Shown here piece after piece: positions 48,508 to 60,502 of a stretch of DNA of 64,000 nucleotides. The notes under the pieces are model-generated. The model had not been told where the DNA came from and did not search any database. It was given only the letters and a program-made list of their open reading frames with translations. Position 1 is the stretch's first letter. Each line of letters starts with the position of its first letter. Origin of the DNA: Peribolospora baueri (taxonomy: Eukaryota); contig JAMDHS010000039.1 in NCBI GenBank assembly GCA_029717555.1, positions 124,001 through 188,000 of the forward strand. Reading direction: 5' to 3'. The translations under genes and the position numbers were made by a program.

Positions 48508-48969
48508 ATGCTTTAGCAGTCTTGGTTTTCCATCCGGCAACACGTGCCGTCACACGCCTGTGGTCCATGGCGTCTCGTTCTTCTTCCGTCCAAGTCCTTT
48601 TGCTAGCACTCACACCACTTGTAGATGCAATGCCGTCTTAATCTTATGTTCATTAAAGAATGGCACTAGTTCCACGAACGTCCGTTCGACTGGCCTTGTG
48701 CTCGACCGGTCGCGCCAGTCGCGTCGCGTCTCTTACAACGGCCCGACGGCCCAGTTCCTTCATCCCCCGCTGACTTCATGTCGGCGCGAGAACGCCGCCT
48801 GCTCTCGTCGCACCGCGAGAAGAGACAAGCGGCGGCGCGCGCACGAAGGGATAAGACGGATGACCAGGGGAGGGGGGGTTCCGTACGGCCTCAAGAGAGC
48901 GTCGCGACGTTTCCCTCCCCGTCCGTCCTCGTTTCCCCGTCTCGGTCTCGGTTTGACACATGATCCTTT

Positions 48970-51562
48970 CTATCCGAACTCGGCGATCCACACGCGGCCG
49001 CGGGCGGTGGCGAGGGCGACGAGTCCGAAGGTGTCGTCGAACGCGCACTCGGCCAGCACGTCCGTCCTAGCGGGAGCGGGAGCGAGGGAGACGGGGCTCG
49101 CGGTTCCCTGCGCCCGGCTGCGATCTCGTTCGTGGAATGTCGAAGAAGGGGCGGCGGCGGCGGTGCTCGGAGGCGCCTCGGAGGGACGCCGAGCGGGTGT
49201 GGTGGAAAGAGGAGACGGGGACGGCGTCGCGGACGGCGCGGTGGTGGTGGTGGTGGTGGTGGTGGTGTCGACGACGCTCGCGAATCCCGTCGACGCGAAC
49301 AGGGTGGCTTGAGAGAGGTCGGGAAGCTCGGTGATCACGTCGAGGAGCTCTAATCGCGCTCGGCGTCGGCGCCCACCTTGGCCGTCCTCCTGCTCTCCGT
49401 CGGGCTCTTCGCCGGCGGCAAAGCAAGCCGAGTCGGCCAACTCGTCCTTGGTTGGTTGGTCGGATCGGAAGGGCGTCGCCAAGGTCGGGGTCGATGTCTC
49501 GTCGGGCGCGGTGTACGCGCGCACGGTGCACTGTGGCGGAAAGCCGGCGCGCTGTCCGACGATGACCGCTCGCGAGCCTCGTATGCCCATGCAAGCCGCC
49601 TGGAGCCTCTCGGCGGAGACGGAGATGCGGGAGACGATGAAGGAAGGGAGCGGCGGCGGCGAAAGGGACGGAGACGGGGAGCGATGTTCCGAAGCGCCGA
49701 CCTCGTCGATGGGAGGGAGCGACAGGAGGTAATGCGTCATGCCAGCCTGGTCGAGAACGAGGAGGGAGAGCTCGGTGGGCTCGGATTCCAAATCGGAGGA
49801 GTCGTCGTCCCTCTCGCCCTGCGCCGCCGTGTGTGCATCCTCAAATCGCCCGTCACCTCCGAACGCGACGGCTCGGAGCAGACGCCCGCCTTGAAGGACG
49901 TGGCGCTGGAGAAGCGAACCACCGACGTTCTCGGACGAACGGTCGCGCGACGACGACGACGGCGGCTCTGCCTCGGACGTGCCATCCGCCGGCGAGAGCG
50001 AGGGGAGGCTGAACACCTCTATCGCGCCCAGACGAGTGACGGAGACGATGCGGTCGCACAGGAGCTTGATGCCGGCCGTCTGGTCGCGGGCGAGGAATGT
50101 GCAGCGGCGATCAGTTCAGTCCCAACCAGCACGACCAGCACGACATGCCCTCCCCCCCCCCGGCCAGTCGATCGGTGTACTCGCGCGCAGAAACTCACGG
50201 AATTGCGGTCGCCCCTGTTGATGAGTCCCTTGCGGCCATCGCGCCAGTTCATGAGGTGAATGAGACCGGAATAGGTACCTACGGCGACAAGATCGCCTCG
50301 GATGGAGACGCATTGCGTGCCACACCAGTCCCTAGGCGAGACGGCGGCCCTGCAGGTCAGCTCCCTGGGCCTGTTCGCATCGTCGACGTCGTCGTCGTCG
50401 GCCCGGCTGGTGATCGACGGGAGGGGCACGGTATACACCTCGCATCCGGTTTCGCTGGTTGGTGGGAGGGAAAGGCGAATTTCAGTTCTCTTTCCCTTAT
50501 CCTGAAGAGTCTAGCAGGGAAGAAGGGCAGTTGAATGGGAGCGATCGAAACCAGACGGGACGGAGGACGACGGACCTGTAATAGCTGCCCGAGGCAATGA
50601 CAAGGTGGTCGCCGTCATGAGAGACGACGGCGTCGATGGCCGACACGTCCGCCTGGGTATCGATCTCCGCATACGGAACGAGGGCAGAGAGCGATACATC
50701 TCCTTTGGCGGCGGCTGCGGCTGCGAGCGGTGATGATGATGAAGGCAAGGGTGACGACGGCGTTGGTGAAGACGAGGAAGAGGAGGCGGACGAAACTCTA
50801 GGCCGCGGCCGCGAAGCGAGATCCCACACTCTGACGTAGCCGTCCACGGCGCCGGTGACGAGCCACCTGGGCTCGTCTGCGAACGACGAGTGCTCGGGCG
50901 TCGGCGTGGCCGCTCCCGCTCCTGCTGGTCGTCGTCGTGCTTGTCGTCGGGAGGAGGAAAAGGGAGGGAGGAGCTTGACAGAAGTGACGCGATCGATGTG
51001 CGCCTGAAAGCACCACAGCCGACGAGGCGCCGAGCCGTCGGTGGTCCACCTGCGCTCCAACCTGTACCCGCGCACGATGGTCGCCTCCAATGCTCTCCGG
51101 TGTCTTTCCCGGTCTCGGTCTCGGTCTGCGACATGTACTTGTGATTGCGATTGCGATTGCGAATGCGATTGCGACGCCGGAGAGGAAGGAGGAAGTGGGG
51201 GAAGGCCGGGGAGGACGAGACGACGACGGAGGGCGCGGTATTGGGCGAGCCAGAGGGTGGAGGAGAGGGTGGCGCGGTAGAGGAACCGGCAGGTCTGTGG
51301 AGGAGGCGCGGCACCGGCACAGAGAAGACAAGAGAAGAGTCAATGAGGGTCAATATGAGATGAGGAGTCCCAATAAAAGTGAGTGAGGAGAGCGGCCCTA
51401 TCCACGCACCGCACGAAGACGGATAATCTGGAGCGGAGAGAGTCGTCGAAGGACGTTATCGACAATCTCCGGCGGCAGGCACGCCAAACCTACGACAACG
51501 ACGCTGACGGTGACGGTGCGCTGGCCTTGACCTTGGCGAGCGTGCGCGCCTTCAACGCTCAT
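48970..51562 (-). CDS. F-box protein with divergent WD40-like propeller
   Basis: LACLPPEIVDNVLRRLSPLQIIRLRA (F-box). AHIDRVTSVKLL, WLVTGAVDGYVRVWDL and C-terminal AFDDTFGLVALATARGRVWIAEFG*. About three introns. Confidence 0.75.
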
Positions 51563-51948
51563 GACATGATCATCGAGCAGTGTCCGTTTCGTCCGCTCGC
51601 GAGGTGGGACTTGGACGTGGGTCGTAGATGTAATGTAAAGAAGAGACGGGATGGATGGGCGGATCCGATCGTGCGCGTTCCGTTCCGCGACGTGACAACA
51701 ATCAATCAAACCAACTAACCGAATCTAACACTACACACCCCAGCGAACGCAGAGACGATGAACCGACGTATCGTGGTTGGATGGATGGAGGGATGACATG
51801 GGGCACACTGCCGATGCCATGCCTTGGATTACAGCTTCATGGGGAACGACAAGTACGTAGTGCGGGGAAGGACCAACGAACGACACGGGTACGAGGGAAG
51901 GAAGGAAGGAAGGAAGGAAAGGACCAATGAGATCAGACCAGAAGCAAA

Positions 51949-53466
51949 TCAAGCATGGCCGCCATCGACGACGGCAGCGGCGTTGAGGATGGCTTGGATG
52001 CCGGACGAAGTGGAGGGCGGAGAGGGAGAAAAAGCAGAAGGGGAGGAGTGAGGGCGGGACGTCGAGGCGGGTCGCCGTCCATCGCCGGCCGGAGCCGCAT
52101 TGCTCCCCGTCCTCGTCTCGTCCCTTTCCTTCCCCCTCCCCCTGCCCCTCCCCCTTCCTTTCCCACCACCCCTTTCAGACCTCCCCTTTTCTGTCTCCTC
52201 CTTTCCTTTCCCCTTCTCCTCGGCGACGAGGCGAAGGGCCCTCCGCTTGATGACCATCTCCCTGAGCCGGCGCATCACCTCCTCCCGACAGGCTCGCTTC
52301 TTCGCCTCTCCGTTGCCGTCGTTCGCAGATGCATAGGACGACCTCGACGACGACGACAACGACGACGACGCCAACGAAAGCTGCCGCCGTCTTTGTGGGG
52401 CGAGCTCACGAGCGGGCGTCGGGGCGGCGGGCGGAGGCGACGAAGATCCACAACGCCGCTCCCTGCGGGCCCGTTTCCTTCCCCTCTCGGCCTGAGCGAC
52501 GGTGATGGTGAGGCGGTGCGTTGAGCCCTCAGTCTTGACAACGGAGACGTCGGCAGCAAAGCCGACAGTCTCTTCTTCCTCCTCTTCCTTGATCCTCACT
52601 CGTCCGTCCTCCTCCTCGCTACCGAAAGTCGTCGACGTCGACGGCGGCTTGTGCGACGACGGAACGTCGTGAAGGAGGTCGTACTCGCACTCGTACGGCG
52701 GTGGCGGACTCGTTGGGCTGGGCAGACTGGCTTCAGAGAGCGTCTTGTCGGACGAGGCAGAGGCGGCGGAGGCGGACGATTCGGCAGAGTATGTGCGAAC
52801 GGGCGGACGGGGCGGTCGGGGCCGTGGGCCGGGCGGGGGGCGACCGTAGCGAAAGTCGTACTGGCGGCACTCAATCTCCATGCGGAGCGACTCGGCGCGG
52901 AGGTAAGCCTCGTGATACGAAGCGAGCGAGGCGAGTCGGTGGTCCTCGGCGCGCTTTGCCTCCCAGGCGAGACGTAGAGTGTCCTCGGTGAGCTGGAACG
53001 GCTGGGAGCGAAGACAGGAGGGGTTATCGGATTCGGATTCGGCGGAACAGGAGTGGACGTGTTCGAGCCGTCGCCTCTTATTCGGCGGCACATGTGGGTC
53101 GTCAGAGCAGCATGAACAGCTGTCACGATGCGCGGGCCTTGTTGACGCGGGCTCATAGGAAAGACGGGGTAAGAAGTCCGCCTCGGGGTAGAAGGGGCGT
53201 TCGCTGAGAGGGGGAAGAGGAGTAAGAGAGGAGACGGCGAGATGGGCGTGGGCGTCGGTGACGGACACGGTGACCGCGGGCGTCCTAGGTGCCCAAGGGC
53301 CCCATTCCGGAGGTGCTGAAAAGAGGCAGTAGGGCGACGGGGCGACGGCGAGAGCGGGGTGACGGGCGTCGGGAGGAGGGGCGGTCGTGGAGTGGCACGC
53401 CTTGTGGCGGGGATCGGGGAAGGGGAGGGGTGGTGGTGAAGGGGGAGTAGGGATAGTTTGGGACAT
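51949..53466 (-). CDS. Intronless hypothetical low-complexity protein (~505 aa), basic NLS-like patches
   Basis: Long ORF with PPNKRRRL, a helical block ASYHEAYLRAESLRMEIECRQYDFRYG and terminal GIQAILNAAAVVD. No family recognised. Confidence 0.6.
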   Translation of the reverse strand: MSQTIPTPPSPPPLPFPDPRHKACHSTTAPPPDARHPALAVAPSPYCLFSAPPEWGPWAPRTPAVTVSVTDAHAHLAVSSLTPLPPLSERPFYPEADFLPRLSYEPASTRPAHRDSCSCCSDDPHVPPNKRRRLEHVHSCSAESESDNPSCLRSQPFQLTEDTLRLAWEAKRAEDHRLASLASYHEAYLRAESLRMEIECRQYDFRYGRPPPGPRPRPPRPPVRTYSAESSASAASASSDKTLSEASLPSPTSPPPPYECEYDLLHDVPSSHKPPSTSTTFGSEEEDGRVRIKEEEEEETVGFAADVSVVKTEGSTHRLTITVAQAERGRKRARRERRCGSSSPPPAAPTPARELAPQRRRQLSLASSSLSSSSRSSYASANDGNGEAKKRACREEVMRRLREMVIKRRALRLVAEEKGKGKEETEKGRSERGGGKGRGRGRGRGKERDETRTGSNAAPAGDGRRPASTSRPHSSPSAFSPSPPSTSSGIQAILNAAAVVDGGHA

Positions 53467-54221
53467 GGGGAGGAAGTGCAAGCCCGGTCTGTCGTTATCG
53501 TCCGATGTCTGACTGGATCGTGCGTCGGTGAGTCGTTCGGAGTGGGAGGCAAGGTGGAGAGAGAGTCAGCGAGGAGGACCTGGCGATAAGGATGAGGATG
53601 ACGAGGAAAGTGAGTGAGGGAGGAGGAGGAGAATAGCGACGACGAGGGTTTTTCTTTTCATGAACCGGGCGACGGTCTGTCGTGGGGAACGGCGGCGGCG
53701 GGACAGCCGTAGAAGAGGAGCGGTGCGGTGTGTCTGTATCGGTCTGACCGGAACTTCTTGGCATTGCGAGGCGAGGCGCAGCTGGTGAAATGCCAAGCCA
53801 AGCCGATGGCCAACGTCGTCGTCCCAAACGTCGACGGGAAGGAGGCAGAAGCGAGGACGGGCGCGGAAAGAAAATAGCAGATGGGGTCAAGCGGGTCGCT
53901 TTGCTTTGTCTTGGCACACACCGCAGAGCGTGATCAGATTCCATTTTCGGGTCGTCGCCTGCCGTCCTCTCGTTTTTCTCCGGAGGTGGACGAGGCGAGG
54001 TGGCGGACATCTGATCTGCTCCATCGAGGCGACTCCCGAGACGTCGACGTCGACGTCGGGACGGCGGACATGATATGATGGTCGTCGTCGACGTCGTTTG
54101 ACAGAAAGAAATGCGCGCAGTCGCCGACACGACACGTCGCTATTTGGGCCGTCGCTAACCCTAACCTGGCCAGGTGACCTGGCCAAGCAAGCGTTTCATT
54201 CTTTTGCCAGGCAGGGTTAGG

Positions 54222-55980
54222 TAGGAGAGGAGAGGAGAGGAGAGGAGAAGAGAAGAGACAAAGGGAAGAGCTTGGGCTTCCAATAAAAGCGACTCGATTT
54301 CCATCCCGCTCAGCTCTGTCAACTGATTGACACGAAAACGAAAACGAAAACGGGCATCCGGAACGACCCAAGTGGAGAGATGTAATTACTATAGCTACCG
54401 CGTCTGCCCCTCCCTCCATCCGTCGCGCAGCGCGGGTGCGCCTCGGCTTGTCTTGGCCTTGGCCTTGGTTGCCCCAGCTGGCGGGCTGGCTGGCTTGCCT
54501 GCGCGCCGGTCGGCTGGCTGGCTCGACCTGGGGCGCCCAAGCACGCTGACAAGACAGGAGGCTGTGAGCAGGCTCGCAGACGCTGTCGTCGTCGCATGGG
54601 TGGCCGGGGCGGCGGTGGGAGGTGGCGTTGGAGAAGGAAGGAGACAGGGTGGAGAGAGAGGAAAATAGAGAAAGCTGGCGAGCAAATTGAATTATTCACA
54701 GATACACCAAAGACCGACGCGTCAAAAACAGAAGCACTGCCAAGAAAGCCAAGCCGAGGGCGAGCCGAACCGGAGGCGCCCCGTCGGCGATCGTCGGCCG
54801 AACGCGAAGCGACGGCGCGTAGTCGTCTTCGTTCTTGTCTTTTATTCTTGTTCTTGTTCTTGTCCTTGTTCTTGTTGTTATTCTTGTACTTATCTTATTC
54901 TTGTCCTTATTCTTATTCTCGTCCTCATTCTTCATCCATCTCCTTCTCATCTCTCCGTCCGCCATGACCGCTGACGTGGAGCCCCTCCCTCGGTGGTCAT
55001 GCTCATGCTCATCGCGGGCGGACGTGCGCGTTTCACCTCCATAGTCCGCAGACGGACGAACGACGAACGAACGAACGAACGAACGAACGAACAAGAATTA
55101 GCAGCGAGACAGAATGACCTTCAAGGGGCATGTTCGCGAATGCCCGGTCAGAACGGCCGACGTCCATCCATCCATCCTTCCTTGCGCCGTATCGTCATCC
55201 GTAGTGTAGCGTCGCGCCGGCCCGAAGCGCAGCTGCCGTCTGTTCGATCATGTGGTGGGCGCAGCGATGCGGTGGGATGCGATGCGATGCGGTGCAGTGC
55301 GGTGCGGTGCGGTGCGAACGACGACCCGACGTTGTCCGTTGTCTTGTCTGTTTGTCTGTCTGTTCCGCTCGTCCGTCTCCCGAGACGAGAAGACGGCACA
55401 CGCGGCCCGGCCGGCCGGCGGGCGACGTGGAGGGGCGGTCGCGCCTGACACGGATACACATCCATCCATCCATCTTCTACGGTACGATGGGCCCAGATCG
55501 TAGTCTGTCTGTCTGTCTGTCTGTCGCAGGAGGCGAGGTAGAGAGAGGTGCGATGTAGACCCTCCCCACTGCGGAACCCATCGGTGATTTGGTTTGATTT
55601 GATATGATTTGCGACGTCGTCCACGCTAGTACATGCAGTCCTTTTTTAACGCCCACCACATCGTATCGTATGTACGGATATACACAAGTCACGTCATGTC
55701 CGACGGATCGGCCGGCCGAGCCGAGCCGGGTGTCCGTGCGCGTCGCGACGGCAAACGCAAGGATGGAACAGTCTTTGCGAGGGAATCAACTCGAGGGTGA
55801 TCTCATTACGTGCGTCTGATGGATGGATGGATGGATGGATGGATGGATGGATGGATGGATAGAGGAAGGAACAAACGAACGAACGAGAGCGATGATAACG
55901 TTCCTCGAAGCAGGCAAAGCCAAGTCGAATGAAGAGAAAACCCGGAGCATGATAGATGCGAGCGAGCGAGCGAGCGAAGG
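54222..55980. repeat. Cluster of diverse microsatellites: (AGAGG)n, (GAAAAC)n, (TTCTTG)n, (GAAC)n, (GATGC/GGTGC)n, (CTGT)n, (GATG)n, (GCGA)n
   Basis: Directly visible at ~54222, 54333, 54831-54930, 55060-55092, 55265-55315, 55504-55524, 55818-55860 and 55960. Confidence 0.9.
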
Positions 55981-56045
55981 AGGGAGAAAAGAAGGAACGG
56001 TGGACGAGCCCGAGCACTGCTGGCTAGCTAGCGAAAAGCCCGGCG

Positions 56046-57081
56046 TTAGTTCATGTCAATACGCCGACCTTTACCTTTTCGTACCGTCCTCCCGTCCAGG
56101 TACGACGACGAGCCCGTCCTGGCCTCCGACACCGACACCGATCCCGATCCCGATCCCGATCCCCTCAGCGACTCGACCACCGAGTCCGAGTGCGATTGGC
56201 GCCTGCTGCCCCCTCCCCCACCACCCGCGCCCATCCCCACGCCGTAGCCCACCCCTTGTCCTTGTCCTTGTCCGTACCCGTAGCTGGGGTAGGCGCCCCC
56301 CGCGCCGGCGGGGTAGGACGGGTAAGGTGCCGGTCCCGGTCTCGGTCCCCGTCCAGGAGCGGCAAGGCTGGACATCATGGGTCCGCCCCCTGCGCCAAAG
56401 CTGCTGCCGCGGTCCCTCGTCCTGCTTCCCGTCGACACTGTCCTATCCAACGAGCCGGGCCCGACGTTGGACATGAACTGGGACGATCCGCGAGGCACCG
56501 ACGACGACGTCGACACCCATCGCCGGTGTCCACCGCCCACGACGCCGACGCCGCGGCCACCGGGAACAACCGGGCCCGAACCACCGTACTTGGCGCCAGG
56601 AGGGACGGCATAGGCCGCCGAAGGGGACCGCTTGCCGTCGTGGACGTACATGCGGATGCAGCGGATGAAGCTCAGGAGGATCAGCAGGACGATGACCGCC
56701 ACGACGACCGTCACCGGGATGGAGATCTTTAGGTTTTTGGCTGTGTTGCGGGCAAAGGGGGAACGATGTAACAGCGAGTCACACGAGTGCACCGAATGAA
56801 CGACCGTCCGAAACCATCATCGCCGACGACTCACTGTACCACCCCGCAAAAACGCTCAACGGCGGTCCCTCCATACACTTGCCCGTCTCGCACTTGCCCG
56901 CCCATCCGCACGGCGTGCCGTCGATAAACATGTCCTGCAGCACCACGCACTGGTTCGAGTTTGTCGGGTCCTGGCATGTCACCGAGCATGTCGAGTCGCC
57001 TGCGTCCGGGCAGCCCTTGGTCAGGTTCATCGATGAACCCGCGCTCGTACACTGTGCGTCGCGGGACGTGCACTGGAACGG

Positions 57082-57116
<35 letters not shown>

Positions 57117-59790
57117 GCAAAGGAACGGATGGATGAGCAACGCGGGCATCTCAAGAGCACAGACCGTCATTCCCCGCCGCGCGCCGGATGCTCACATGTC
57201 CGCTGGCGCAAGCCAAGCCGGGCCCGCAACTCGTACCGTCAGGTGTAGTCTTGTGGGCCGGACACGCGGCCGCGGTGCCGTTGCAGAACTGGTTCGTGTC
57301 GCAGCGGTCATCGACCGCGGGCCTGCACACGGTCGACGAAGGGGCGAACTGGCATTGTGCGGTGCAGCACGACGAGCTAGCCGGGTCGCAAACCGCCCCT
57401 GCGGTGCTGTGGGACGAGGGCGGGAAGGGAACGGAGCAAAAAAGGTCAGCCAAACGAATCGCGGCCCTTTCCATTGATTCTCTTTGCGTCACCGACTGAC
57501 AGCTTGCAATTCGAGGTACAGCACGTGCTGTTGGTCGTGCCGGCGTCGCACTCCTCGCCAGGATCGACGATGCCGTTGCCGCACATGTGGAGGGAGATGG
57601 TGGTGCGAGCGTTGGGTTCGGACAAGCAGGACGAGTTGAGCTTGGTGCCCATCATGTTGCACACGTTGCCGACGGTGCACTCGCTGAACACGTTAGCCGT
57701 CTTAGACGAGGTGGGGTTCATGATAAAGTTGCTCCCCGCGTCGCACACGCTCGTCGATAACGGGCAACACACCGCCGAGCCGCCGGACTGGAACGATTGG
57801 CCATTGTTGAGCGAGCAGCTGGTCGTACAGTCGTGGATCGCTCCAAAGTTGTGCCCGATCTGTTCAACCGTCCGCGACGACCACGTTCAGCCACGTCCGA
57901 CCAGAACGAACGCTCGGGACGGCATCGGCGATCGAAAAAGGTGAATAAAGAAACAATGGGCACCCACCTCGTGCGCGAGGATCTGCCATTCGGCGTTAGA
58001 TACGCTCGTCACGCCCGTTCCACTGACGATGTTGTCCCCCGTTCCAGAAGAGCCGGTGTCGCAGAGGGTGCCTAACCAGGCGACGCCGATCTCGGTGCCG
58101 GTAGAGCAGTTGGTCATGAGGTGCCACAGCCCGGCTCCATCGGCTCCCTTGTTTCCCCGCCACTGGCTGAACGTGCTCAGCCGGTCGTTGAGCTGCAGGC
58201 TCTCGCAGCCCACGTTCCAAGGGTTGTTCGCGTCCGTCGTGGAGGGACAAGTGGCTTCCTGCACGTTGAGCTCGATGGCGCCGATAGCGATATTGAAGGT
58301 GGACTTGTAGAGCCCAGAGACGGAATTGAGGTCGTTCAGGATCTGGGTCTTCGTCGCGTCCTGGGAACCGTAGGTATTGGTATAAGTACAGTCGGCGGCG
58401 ACGCCGATAAACACGGCCTTTTGGTCCGTCGGGCAGCCGGCCTTGTTACCGATGTCGGCGATAAAGTTGTCCGTGCTGTTCCCACCCTGAATGTCGCCCC
58501 CGCCCTGCCTCGCCTCGAGCGGGGCCGAGTGCATCCACGAGTCGTCGTCCGCGATGGCGTCGAAACCATCATAGTCTCGTCCGATGGCCACGCCTTCGGG
58601 CAAAAGATCGTCGTACCACCGGCCTTGGCCGTTGAGCGCCCGCGAAGGCTTGGTGAAGAAGGAGTGAGCGCCCAGTCGGACGGAGGCGTTGAGAGCGGCG
58701 ACGAAGAACGAGTCGAACAGCTCGCTCGTCTTGTTCATGTTCCACTCCCGATCGTCGTGGCCGCATGCCTCCTCGGCCTCGAGCGCGTCGTCCATTTCCT
58801 CGGGAGTGAGGTCAGCTCGGGCGGAGAGGAAAGCGGCGTGCTCGAGGGGCGTCATGATGTCCGAATGACGGTGGACTAGGATGACGTCGCCGAACTCTTC
58901 CTCGGACATGACGCTCCTCGGCCGGCGCAACCTGGGGCTGAGCGGGTGTTTGGATACGGCGTAGTTGCGTTGGAGCTGCACGGTGTGAACGTCGCCGTCG
59001 GCGGTAAACATGCCTTCGAAAACGGGCCGAGATCGGGAGGGATGGGGAGGGTGGAGCAAGCTGCAACGGCGGGTGTAGGGGGAGGGCAGGGGGAAGGACC
59101 GCGGGGAACGGAGCACGGTGATGAGGGTCTCACGCTTGACGAGTCTGCCAGAAAAAGGCAAACTCACATTCTCGCTTCACCGACAACGCCTGGAGTCGAT
59201 GCGGAACGGCCGGCTCGTCGAATGACGCCGGCCTGCTCTTCGGTCCACCTGCGCAGGCTCTCGTCCTCCCCTCGGACGACGACGCCATGGAACGCCCTGA
59301 CGTCTTCCTTGCTGATCGGCTCCGAGCGCGCTAGCCTGCTTTCGCCCCGGTGCTCGTCCCATTGGTAATAGTTTACGCGCGCTTGGGGATGGAGGAGATG
59401 GTGGTTGGGAGTAAGGTGGAGGTAGTAAGGTTGGGAGAAGGCGCGGAGGCGGATGCGGAGGGTGTCGGAGTGTCGAATGTCGTCGGCTGGCACACCTGCG
59501 GAGGTGCGGGCGTTGAGAGCGGCAAAGGAGGTGGGGGGAGGAGGAGGGCGTCGAGAGCGAGGCAAGACGTCGATCTGGACGGAGGACGCGGGAGAGAACC
59601 GTTTCAGCGGTCGCGGACGTTGGCTCGAGCCTGTATGCGGAGCGAACGAGGAGGCGTGGGTTAGGCGAAATGGATAGGCGAGAGAGATGGAATGGGTGTC
59701 TTAAGGTTCTCAAGACGACTGACCATTCGCCTGGCCTGCGAACAAGGCTGACACGAGGGCCCAGCATAGCGCCGGGAGAAGAAGCCGCAT
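56046..59790 (-). CDS. Fungal ADAM (M12B metalloprotease-disintegrin), type I membrane protein
   Basis: Signal MRLLLPALCWALVSALFAGQAN, cysteine switch CGHD, IGVAADCTY, LWHLMTNC..EIGVAWLGTLC, AHE|IGHNFGAIHDC, Met-turn FIMNP, CGNGIVDPGEECDAG, disintegrin Cys pattern, TM ISIPVTVVVAVIVLLILLSFI. Confidence 0.95.
57082..57113. repeat. 32-nt poly(A) (poly-T on the transcribed strand) in an ADAM intron
   Basis: Homopolymer directly upstream of the minus-strand acceptor at 57073-57075. Confidence 0.95.
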
Positions 59791-60502
59791 AAACGATGGG
59801 GCCCGAGGGGAGCAAGGCGGGATGAGGGCGGGCGGGCAAAGGTACTAGAGAGAAGAAAGCAATCGGAAGGAGGTGGAGTGAATGCAAGAGTGAAGGCGGA
59901 GGTGTCGAGTCGAGTCGAGTTCGACTGAGGCGGTGTTCGCCGTCCGTGCGCGGACAATCTTGGCGAAACGAAGGGACGCGATCTTGGCCGCGGGGCAAGA
60001 ACAGGGAGGGAGCAGAACCGGCCAGCGGGGAGAAGGGAAGGGAGGTGCAAAGTGGCGTAGGTGGAGAGATGGTGGTGGTAACGAGAAGGGAACTCGCCGT
60101 CACCGTCGACGACCGACACCACTCGACCCGACATCGGCTCTCCCATCTCCGCTCTTCGTCCTCCAGCCGCTCACCGCCCGGGGTCGTTGTTACCGCTACC
60201 GCCCGGCGATTATACCCACATCCGCAGTCAGGCCAGGAACCGCCACGTGCAATTAGTCATCGGCCACGTGCGACGTTGTGGGGGAGCGCGGCTCCGTTTT
60301 TCCCTGTTTATGTATTATGCTCGACGTCGTCTGCCTACGCAGGCCGTTTTCACGCGCGTCAAAGGCGAGGTGGGAGAGGTTCAGAAAAAACCAGAAGGAA
60401 GGAGGAAAGGAGGGAAAGGGTATAGCATGTATACTGGGTCCGAATAATCTTACATCGGCTTGCGCGGCGAAAGCGACTATCCTGGCGCGTCAACACCGCC
60501 CG

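Noticed and set aside
54155..54170. CTAACCCTAACC telomere-like motif
   Set aside because: Only about two units; compatible with chance in a repeat-rich tract.
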